A stretch of DNA of 9,729 nt from an uncultured archaeon (GCA_964426185.1 CAYRPF010000043.1:11415-21143), one strand, 5' to 3'. Shown: positions 1 to 7,127, counted from the first letter of the stretch. Notes: generated by a model not told the origin, from the sequence alone. Program-made: numbers and translations.

Positions 1-100
1 TTATTATTGAATGATAATTCTCCCTATTTTTCATATTCTCCCTATTTTTCATATTTTCCCTATTTTTCATATTTTCCCTATTTTTCTCCTTAACCATCAT
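1..100 (-). CDS. 5' part of a gene running off the window edge, with N-terminal (MKNREN) repeats; possibly an FAD/NAD(P)-binding oxidoreductase
   Basis: Missing from the ORF track. ATG at 100 gives MMVKEKNRENMKNRENMKNRENMKNRENYHSII, open to base 1. It starts 14 nt after the isochorismatase stop, with SD-like GTGAT at 109-105. YHSII resembles the strand preceding a Rossmann GxGxxG motif (YDxIIIG), but that motif would lie outside the window. Confidence 0.6.
   Translation of the reverse strand, partial: MMVKEKNRENMKNRENMKNRENMKNRENYHSII
17..86. repeat. 18-bp tandem repeat, about 3.9 copies (ATTYTCCCTATTTTTCAT)
   Basis: Units 17-34 and 35-52 are attctccctatttttcat, 53-70 is attttccctatttttcat, and 71-86 is a 16-nt partial copy. 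There are no spacers. Confidence 0.97.
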
Positions 101-113
101 ATCAATCACGGCA

Positions 114-764
114 TTATTTCTTCATTAATTCTTGATAGCTCCCACAAATACTGAATCCATGGCTTAATGCACGTAAACTTCCTAAATGAAATTTTTCAGT
201 ATAGGTAGCAGTACCATCAATTGCAATAAATGTTCGAAAACCACGCATAAATGCATCTCGGGCAGTGGTTTCACAACATAAATGTGTCATCACCCCAGTA
301 ATTACTAGAAAGTCGATTCTTTTCTTCTTCAATATTGATTCTAGTGAAGTGCGGTAAAATGCACTATATTGATGCTTTTGTAAAAAAATAGTAGATTTTG
401 GGAATTTTAGAAGATTTGTCAACAAAAAAGGATAAGAATCATTTAATATCGAATTTTTCCACCAGATATTCATTGGATCAGTCGAATCTAATGAATTCGA
501 ATGTTGAGTAGCAATTATAGGTAAATCTTTCTTGTGAAAAAAATTAATTAAATTTTGAATGTTTGGAACTATTTCAGGAGCTGAAGGAACAAATGCATGA
601 GATATTTCATCTAAAAAAACATTCTGCATATCCAAAACGATAAGTAAGGCATGTTCTAGAGAAATTTCAAAGGGACGATGGTGTTTGACTAGTGAAAGTT
701 CTTCTTTCCACTCAGTAACCTTCTGGGATTGGTTTTGTTGGGTGAAATATCTTTCTTTCTTCAT
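114..764 (-). CDS. Isochorismatase-family cysteine hydrolase
   Basis: Asp-Lys-Cys triad motifs are present: LIVLDMQNVF, KHQYSAF, and GVMTHLCCETTARDAFMRGF. Confidence 0.93.
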   Translation of the reverse strand: MKKERYFTQQNQSQKVTEWKEELSLVKHHRPFEISLEHALLIVLDMQNVFLDEISHAFVPSAPEIVPNIQNLINFFHKKDLPIIATQHSNSLDSTDPMNIWWKNSILNDSYPFLLTNLLKFPKSTIFLQKHQYSAFYRTSLESILKKKRIDFLVITGVMTHLCCETTARDAFMRGFRTFIAIDGTATYTEKFHLGSLRALSHGFSICGSYQELMKK

Positions 765-785
765 TTCGATTGTATTAATTACTGG

Positions 786-793
786 TTATAAAA
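786..793 (-). promoter_or_regulatory. Archaeal TATA-like box for the isochorismatase gene
   Basis: TTTTATAA on the minus strand, 22-29 nt upstream of ATG 764. The AT-rich background weakens this call. Confidence 0.45.
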
Positions 794-811
794 GAAAGCT
801 TCGCAACAATA

Positions 812-837
812 CAAAAAAGGAAAAATTCCAAAAAACC
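812..837 (-). terminator. Oligo-T tract terminator candidate
   Basis: GGTTTTTTGGAATTTTTCCTTTTTTG directly follows the TGA of the 838..1350 gene. Confidence 0.45.
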
Positions 838-1350
838 TCAATTTTGAACCGATGGAAAATAATCAGCAATAATTTCAACTAGAATGCCCGCAACCATTGT
901 TTCCCCATATTTTCCTGCCAATTTTCTAATAGCTGTGCCTAATTTCATTTTCAGCTTATTTCGTTGAGAATTGTCTATGTCAGGTAGGCTTTCTTTCAAA
1001 TCAAAATACTGTAAAGCATCTTTCTGGGAGATTTCTTCTCCATATATCTTATTATCATTAAAATGAATTACAAAAAAACCATGGAATATTATTTCTTCTT
1101 TAGTACCGCGTTTGAAAACACATTTTTGTTCAATAATATCTCCTTCTCTAAAATGAGATTTTTTAAACACAATATTGTCATCTAATGAAAATGTGCGTAG
1201 AAAGATGCGATTAAAGATATATTTATCACCACGGGTGATTTTAGCAATATAATTAACCGCTTTTGGTGTCTCTTCCCAATAATTTGGTATGTAGTAATCA
1301 TCATAATATTCTGTCAATAAACAAGTATACTCTTGCAATTTTACGTTCAT
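838..1350 (-). CDS. Hypothetical soluble protein (about 170 aa)
   Basis: Long ORF filling the gap between two genes. ATG 1350 is preferred over GTG 1362 because GTGAT (1362-1358) reads as an SD-like motif 7 nt upstream of it. Confidence 0.8.
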   Translation of the reverse strand: MNVKLQEYTCLLTEYYDDYYIPNYWEETPKAVNYIAKITRGDKYIFNRIFLRTFSLDDNIVFKKSHFREGDIIEQKCVFKRGTKEEIIFHGFFVIHFNDNKIYGEEISQKDALQYFDLKESLPDIDNSQRNKLKMKLGTAIRKLAGKYGETMVAGILVEIIADYFPSVQN

Positions 1351-1476
1351 TTTCAAGATCACTGGAAATTTAAATCTGATTATAAAAGATTATAGAAAAG
1401 TAAATTTTAAGATTATAATAAGCCAGATACTTCATCAATTTTTTAGATTATCGCCTTAATTTCTAACTTATTTCGA

Positions 1477-1490
1477 CAAAAATTTAATAT
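1477..1490 (+). promoter_or_regulatory. BRE/TATA-like promoter for the GH38-like gene
   Basis: CAAAAA-TTTAATAT, with the TATA part about 26-33 nt upstream of ATG 1516. Confidence 0.45.
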
Positions 1491-1515
1491 ACCCGTACAA
1501 TTGAATTAATCTTAT

Positions 1516-4401
1516 ATGAATTCGATAATTCCAACAAATCCGGATTCAAACAAAGAACCCCGAATTTTCTATAGTATGATTGCATTATGGCCTTATACCT
1601 TGCAAAATCGCCTTTCAGATATGGTAGATCAAGAGATGGCAAATTTTTTCCATTTATATTTAAAAGTTCATGAAAAATGGGGATCTCCACCTGTGATTTT
1701 AGGAATATCTCCAGTATCTTTTTTAGAAAATACTCGAATTTTTTATAATGAAAATTTTTCTTCCATCCAAAATATGGTACCTTTAGGGAATTGGGAATTT
1801 CCGGATGGTGCATGGGTTTCTTACGCCCCAGAATTTTTATCTAATGAATCGATTATTAGACAATATCTTGCTGGACAGAGATTTCTAATCAAATGGTTCC
1901 ACCAAGAATCAGATAGTAGTATTTTCTGTTTTTATCAGAGTTTGGACAAAGATATTACCGAAATTTTGCCGTCTTTAGGTATTTTTCATCTGGTTTTCGC
2001 GAACCCAATTGGTCAAGAATATAATATTCCTTTGAATTTTACTTGGCAAGCAATTGAACCTGGGCAAAATCAAATGAACTCAGACAATAAACAAGAAAAT
2101 GATTTTGTTTTTAATAAAAATACCAGTAAATTGCTTGTAGTTCAGTCATTTCTAAGCAAATCTCTGAAAAAATCATTAAAATATGCTTTAAATCTCGCTA
2201 ACTTAAACTCACATGCAAAAGCTTTAATATTTTTGCCACTTATTGGCTCAGATTTGAATAAAAGATGGAATTTTCAAAAAAACCTTCAGAAATTACTGAC
2301 CAAGAAGAAAATGAAATATGGTAGACTTGGAACATGTGCTGAATTTTGGCAAGATTTGGAGCAGCAAAAGTCAACACTTCCAGTTTTAGCCTCCAATATC
2401 TTTGGTAAGAAAAAACTGAAAGAGCAGCATCAGATAAATTTTATTACTTCTGCCATTAAATCATGCGAAATTCTCTTCCATCAAACGGAGATGCTTTCTG
2501 TTTTTGCAGGTATTCTCGGCGGACCGCATTCGCAAAATGATTTGTCTAATCTCTGGCTACTTTTTCTAAGACAGCAAGATCGCACATTAATTGAAGGAAA
2601 AGTAATTACTGAAGTTCTTCGGGACTCAGCACACGATTTTCGTTCTATTTTTTCAGCTTTACTTAGTACTCAAGAAAATTCATTAATGCATATAGGGCAT
2701 TCCGTTAAAATAACCCTAAATCATGACGTTTTTACCATTTTTAATTCGCTTTCTTGGAATCGCAACGGATATTTTACTTTACCTGCCCGTTCATTTAATC
2801 ATGCCTTAGATTTTGAGGGACAGCCACTAATTGTACAAAATATTGCCCACACACCATTTACGCTTAATCGAGAAGTTCAATTAGGTTTAACCCATTTGGA
2901 AGGGCTAACATATTTAAAGAACGTTGAAAAAGAATGGCAAGATTACCAACAATTACAAGATTTAAATTATCCGGTTGAATATTCTGTTAATAATTACTCG
3001 CAAAAACGCCCCCAAGAACAATTAATTGAATTTGAATCTCAACTAAAGGATAATTTACTAATCTATCTACCCGAGCATTCAGCCGTAAAACCTTTTGGAA
3101 TATTAAATATCACTGGAATTAAAGGAACTTCAAATGACCAGGTCCGAGATGTGGTTATTTATCAAGAAAATAATCAAATTATTTTTGAAAATGTTAGAAT
3201 CATTGTAAAAATTTCATGCAAGACAGGTTGTATCGAATGGTTGAGTGTAAAATCTCAAGATCCAAAAGAACAAAATCTCATTCGGTCCCATTTATTTTTC
3301 TGGGGATATTATCCTTCTACTGATTCCAAATATGAAAATTCTTCTTCTATAGATTTTGAAAAAATTTCTCATAACAAGCGCAAAATATTTCAAGTGAGTT
3401 CGATAGAAATTGTAGAACGAGGACCTATTCGTTATTCGGTTTTATGCCGATACAAGGCTTTATCGACCGGTACCGACCTCCACATCTATTATTACTTTTA
3501 TCATAAAACGGAACGGATCGATGTAGAAACTTTAGTTAATTGGCAAGAACCCCGAGGCAATCTCTACTGCTCGATTACCACCGTTTCAGATATGCCACGA
3601 ATTACCCGCAAAACCTTACTTACTTTTGAAAATGAAGTTATTTCTCATTTTCCCCCTATTTCAGATAAAAGTTATACTATTTCTTCACTTCATGATCTAA
3701 AAGTTCAAGATTTTATTATTCGGAAATCTGCGTTATTGAATGAAACCAGTAAAACTTCTTTAGGATTAGCAATTTTTTTACAAAACAAACATTTTATGTA
3801 TGGAGATTCAAATACAACTGTTATTAAATTGCTTGGTTCTGCACCTTGCATTAAGGCAAAAACGAAAACAGCAACTCTTGATTCAGATCACAATTCCCAG
3901 ATTCTCTATCAAGAAATAGGATTTCACCGCATTCTTTGGGCTTTGCATCCTATTGCACCTAATATTTCCGATCTACATATTTATCGAAAGTATCAAGAAT
4001 ATAACATCCCACTGATAGCCGTTCCAACCAATGCAGTTCATTCATCCGTTTCTTTCTTGGAAGTTTCTCCAGAATCAGTTGAAATAACATGTTTAAAAGA
4101 AATTGAACCGTACATGCCTGAAGCTCCCGACTGGTTTTATCGTTCCAATATGAACGAACTAGCTTTTATCATCAGATGTATAAATCTTGAGGATAAAGCT
4201 CAGGTTACTCATGTAAACTTGAAACTTCATGAATCATTTGCTATTACTAAAGTGGAAGAAGTTGACCCAATCGAAAAAATTGTTAATCAAAATATAGATC
4301 CAGAACCAATTCATATTAAAGAACGGAATATTCAGTTCGAACTTAGGCCATTTCAGCTAAAAACAATTTTGATTGTTTGTAGATTGCTATTGGAAGAATA
4401 A
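1516..4401 (+). CDS. GH38 alpha-mannosidase-like protein, full length, predicted catalytically inactive
   Basis: GH38 structural motifs occur in the expected order: ALWP, GNWEFPDGAWV..SNESIIRQYLAGQRF, FTWQA, IFNSLSWNR, IVERGPIR, RIDVETLVNWQE, GFHRILWALHP, LRPFQLKT. The active-site motifs HxHxD, WLPD and QFHD are absent. Confidence 0.85.
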   Translation: MNSIIPTNPDSNKEPRIFYSMIALWPYTLQNRLSDMVDQEMANFFHLYLKVHEKWGSPPVILGISPVSFLENTRIFYNENFSSIQNMVPLGNWEFPDGAWVSYAPEFLSNESIIRQYLAGQRFLIKWFHQESDSSIFCFYQSLDKDITEILPSLGIFHLVFANPIGQEYNIPLNFTWQAIEPGQNQMNSDNKQENDFVFNKNTSKLLVVQSFLSKSLKKSLKYALNLANLNSHAKALIFLPLIGSDLNKRWNFQKNLQKLLTKKKMKYGRLGTCAEFWQDLEQQKSTLPVLASNIFGKKKLKEQHQINFITSAIKSCEILFHQTEMLSVFAGILGGPHSQNDLSNLWLLFLRQQDRTLIEGKVITEVLRDSAHDFRSIFSALLSTQENSLMHIGHSVKITLNHDVFTIFNSLSWNRNGYFTLPARSFNHALDFEGQPLIVQNIAHTPFTLNREVQLGLTHLEGLTYLKNVEKEWQDYQQLQDLNYPVEYSVNNYSQKRPQEQLIEFESQLKDNLLIYLPEHSAVKPFGILNITGIKGTSNDQVRDVVIYQENNQIIFENVRIIVKISCKTGCIEWLSVKSQDPKEQNLIRSHLFFWGYYPSTDSKYENSSSIDFEKISHNKRKIFQVSSIEIVERGPIRYSVLCRYKALSTGTDLHIYYYFYHKTERIDVETLVNWQEPRGNLYCSITTVSDMPRITRKTLLTFENEVISHFPPISDKSYTISSLHDLKVQDFIIRKSALLNETSKTSLGLAIFLQNKHFMYGDSNTTVIKLLGSAPCIKAKTKTATLDSDHNSQILYQEIGFHRILWALHPIAPNISDLHIYRKYQEYNIPLIAVPTNAVHSSVSFLEVSPESVEITCLKEIEPYMPEAPDWFYRSNMNELAFIIRCINLEDKAQVTHVNLKLHESFAITKVEEVDPIEKIVNQNIDPEPIHIKERNIQFELRPFQLKTILIVCRLLLEE

Positions 4402-4412
4402 AAACAGAAAAA

Positions 4413-4916
4413 TTAGAGCTGAAGGCTCGGTTCGTTCGAATATCGTAGCTTATTTCCAAAACGTTTGTTTAACCATTCTTGAATCGGAGGTGCAATTTCA
4501 TCCACCAATACTATACCAGAATCAAGCACGGGGTTTTTTATTTTCAAATCTTTTACGTAATCTTCAATTACCTTTCCAATTTTAGGCTGGATTTTTAAAA
4601 ATTGAATAACACTGTTTTCTTGGAGCTGACCATGTGGATGGAAAGAAAGAAAAGCCGTAAAAATTTTTTTCGGTGGGTCTATCTTCATTTTAAACTCCTT
4701 TACATATTCCAAGCTCGCTTCAAAAATAATACGATGAATCACTTTTTTACGAAACCATCCTATCTTTTCTGAGAAGTTTCCGACCACTATGGCACGTCGC
4801 TCTGTTAAGAAGAAAGTGGCAGGGAAACCTTTCACATAGGCAAAAGCTTTATATCCAGCTATCTCAGATCCCCAAACTACATTATAATTGGAACGAAATT
4901 TTACCAATACCCGCAT
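4413..4916 (-). CDS. Hypothetical beta-rich protein, possibly PH/GRAM-like fold
   Basis: 167-aa ORF with alternating beta-strand patterns followed by a helix. FFLTERRAIV resembles the 'hLTxxRhh' signature of GRAM and bacterial PH domains. Confidence 0.65.
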   Translation of the reverse strand: MRVLVKFRSNYNVVWGSEIAGYKAFAYVKGFPATFFLTERRAIVVGNFSEKIGWFRKKVIHRIIFEASLEYVKEFKMKIDPPKKIFTAFLSFHPHGQLQENSVIQFLKIQPKIGKVIEDYVKDLKIKNPVLDSGIVLVDEIAPPIQEWLNKRFGNKLRYSNEPSLQL

Positions 4917-4986
4917 TGTAATTAATAAAAGAAGGGGTAAAAAATGAATGTTATTATATATATTCTTTTTCTTATTTTACGAAATT

Positions 4987-5316
4987 TTAAACAATATTTT
5001 TGCGAGAATTCCGTTGAACGGGCCATTTTATTGCACTAAATATCGCTAATATTAGAATTAAGCCCCCGATAAGATAAAAAATCAAGAAGTCCCGCTCTAA
5101 ATAATAATTAGGAGAGAAATTAAAGCTTTCATATAGAGGTGCTACTAAGATGCGGAGAAAATTTCCAAATCCAGATATTACTGGCTGAATTAGGTTCATA
5201 AAAGGAATTAAATAGGGTAGTATTATTTCTATTGCATTGTAAATTTGTTCTAGAAAATCTGTGATATCAGGAATTTGAATTAGAGTAATAAATATTAGGA
5301 TCCTGTTATGTATCAT
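4987..5316 (-). CDS. Small membrane protein (amphipathic helices plus C-terminal TM helix)
   Basis: Hydrophobic FLIFYLIGGLILILAIFSAI followed by a basic tail. Its ATG (5316-5314) overlaps the upstream TAA (TAATG). Confidence 0.8.
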   Translation of the reverse strand: MIHNRILIFITLIQIPDITDFLEQIYNAIEIILPYLIPFMNLIQPVISGFGNFLRILVAPLYESFNFSPNYYLERDFLIFYLIGGLILILAIFSAIKWPVQRNSRKNIV

Positions 5317-6040
5317 TAGGTATCATCTCCAAAAACAGATTTATATTCAAATTTTTGCACATCTGCTTGTTTAACTTTAGTAGAACTTGAAGTTTTCTTT
5401 GATTGCATTGTATAATTTCTTTTTCTTGATTTAGATCTTTTGGAATTTGATTTCTGTTTATGATTTTTAGATTTTGGTTCAATTGGGCTGAAAATTGCTA
5501 TTAATAAATCATATAAATAAACAAAGATATTCAATCCCATAACTCCCATAGATGCATAAATTAAATTATTTAAATTCATGGAAAATGTTGTACTGAGCTT
5601 TTCTGAAAGTGAAATGGTCAAATTTTCAAATTCCATAATTCCAGAAAATCGATATATATACATATAGAATAAATTTGCAATCAAAAGTATTATTTCAGCG
5701 ATGGCTTTTCGTATTGAAAATTTGGGACTGCTGGCTACCCAAAAATTAATTGAAGTAGTAATTATTCCCATTCCCCAAATCCAATAAGTAATTATTTGGA
5801 CTTTGATTTCAGAAAAAAGAACTATTCCAAAAAGATCATAACCAGCTAAAGAAGTAAAAATTATAAGCGGGATAGAAACTTTAAAAATCCAATTAAAAAT
5901 CGCCGCGATCAATCCTTTTCCGATATTTTTTATTTCAGGTTTCAATGTTGTTGTCCCTTCTTCCTTTTTTTTTTAGATTCTTCTTTTAACATATTTCCAT
6001 TTTCTGGTTGACTGATTTTTTGATCTTTGGCTTTAATCAT
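5316..6040 (-). CDS. About 4-TM membrane protein with a polybasic C-tail; likely start at 6040 with a -1 frame break at A10 (5974-5965); uninterrupted ORF 5316..5945
   Basis: Four hydrophobic segments lie in the 209-aa ORF. ATG 6040 overlaps the upstream TGA (ATGA). A -1 shift in the A10 run joins the two frames into a 241-aa product. Confidence 0.7.
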
Positions 6041-6684
6041 GGAAGTAATGATTGCTTGTAATTTGGATAATCCTCGACAAATCCCGCATCTGAATAGGTA
6101 TACAAATAATTAATCTGCAAACCAAATGAGATTAGTTTAAGAAAATAAGTCGATTGTATCTCTAAGGTAAAATGCACATTATATTTCCATAATAGATAAG
6201 GATAAACAAAAATTGAAGCATTTTCTTCTGAAATTGTTCCATTATCAATATAAAGTTGCACATCGGGATCATTCCAAGAATTGTTATTGTCAACTAATAA
6301 ATTCTCCGGTGTAAAATCTGCCTCTATCGCTTTTAAATTTAAATCATGAATTTTTTGAGCGTTGAGTGTAGCTTGGAACAAAATTTGATTTAGAATTGTA
6401 AAATTCTTATGAGAAGTTTTATTTTCTAGCCGAAAACTAACTTTTACTGAAAAATTTTCGAAATCATAAAATCCTGCATTGTCAAAAGTCATATTTAAAA
6501 CAAAACGATTACCATTTGGTCCAAGATTTATATCCATCTGATCCCAATCAGCAGAAATACTTGTAGGATCCGAAATTACGGTGAAAATAGAGAAACCACC
6601 AATTAATAACGTTATTGTTATAGCGAGAGATATGATTTTAATCCAAGTGGTTAAAAGAAATCGAATCAACTTTTTTGTAAACAT
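6037..6684 (-). CDS. Membrane-anchored exported beta-rich protein, likely a glycoprotein
   Basis: Basic N-terminus plus one hydrophobic segment (IISLAITITLLIGGFSIFTVI), then a beta-rich domain with 7 N-X-S/T sequons. ATG 6684 is preceded by SD-like GGTG (6693-6690); the ORF track starts at GTG 6690. Confidence 0.8.
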   Translation of the reverse strand: MFTKKLIRFLLTTWIKIISLAITITLLIGGFSIFTVISDPTSISADWDQMDINLGPNGNRFVLNMTFDNAGFYDFENFSVKVSFRLENKTSHKNFTILNQILFQATLNAQKIHDLNLKAIEADFTPENLLVDNNNSWNDPDVQLYIDNGTISEENASIFVYPYLLWKYNVHFTLEIQSTYFLKLISFGLQINYLYTYSDAGFVEDYPNYKQSLLP

Positions 6685-6857
6685 TTCCACACCAATTTTA
6701 TTTCATTATTCACTAAGAATATAATAAAGTTTTCGATTTATTTTTCATTTGAAATTTAAGTATTTACCAAATTAAGGCCATTACAAATATAATAGTGGCA
6801 AAACACAATTACAAACCAATGTACAACATGGTAACAGTCAGAAAAAAAATTCGGTAA

Positions 6858-6865
6858 TTTAAAGT
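6858..6865 (+). promoter_or_regulatory. TATA-like box for the zinc-finger gene
   Basis: TTTAAAGT 23-30 nt upstream of ATG 6888, consistent with a leaderless transcript. Confidence 0.35.
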
Positions 6866-6887
6866 ATGATTTTGTATATAAATTATT

Positions 6888-7079
6888 ATGGAAGTTTCTA
6901 ATTTCACAGATATTATATTGCCAAAATCAATTAAACAACCAGAAAAATGCGATTATTGTGGAAAACCATTACCAAAAAGGCATGTTGTTCATAAGAATAT
7001 TAGTCAAGAAAATTCAGAGCATAAATTCTGTTCTCGTTTGTGTAAAGAAAAATGGTGCCATGAACAAGCCCTAAAATGA
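6888..7079 (+). CDS. Small TRASH/zf-FCS-type treble-clef metal-binding protein
   Basis: CDYCGKPL...KFCSRLC (CxxC...FCSxxC), followed by a T-rich tract after the stop. Confidence 0.8.
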   Translation: MEVSNFTDIILPKSIKQPEKCDYCGKPLPKRHVVHKNISQENSEHKFCSRLCKEKWCHEQALK

Positions 7080-7127
7080 AAAATCAAGTCTTTTTTCTCA
7101 TTTTCTTAAAAACCTTCAATCCGTCAA

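Noticed and set aside
17-86. CRISPR array
   Set aside because: The units are contiguous 18-mers with no spacers, no cas genes are present, and the repeat translates in frame.
685-882. 65-aa plus-strand ORF
   Set aside because: Antisense overlap with two better-supported genes, non-ATG start, no motif.
1484-1813. 109-aa minus-strand ORF
   Set aside because: Shadow ORF antisense to the GH38-like N-terminal domain.
1516-4401. Pseudogene call for the GH38-like gene
   Set aside because: No stops or frameshifts over 961 codons and the structural motifs are retained, so a pseudoenzyme fits better.
4373-4585. 70-aa plus-strand ORF
   Set aside because: Overlaps the GH38-like stop, is antisense to the 167-aa gene, and has a non-ATG start.
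6764-6850. Hydrophobic minus-strand reading (MLYIGL*LCFATIIFVMALIW) and weak hairpins in the divergent gap
   Set aside because: It has an internal stop, T-rich DNA gives hydrophobic translations by chance, and the stems are 7 bp or shorter.
6888-7079. Ribosomal protein L24e
   Set aside because: It shares CxxC/FCSxxC but lacks the PGxG and DG motifs and the basic tail, and there is no ribosomal gene context.
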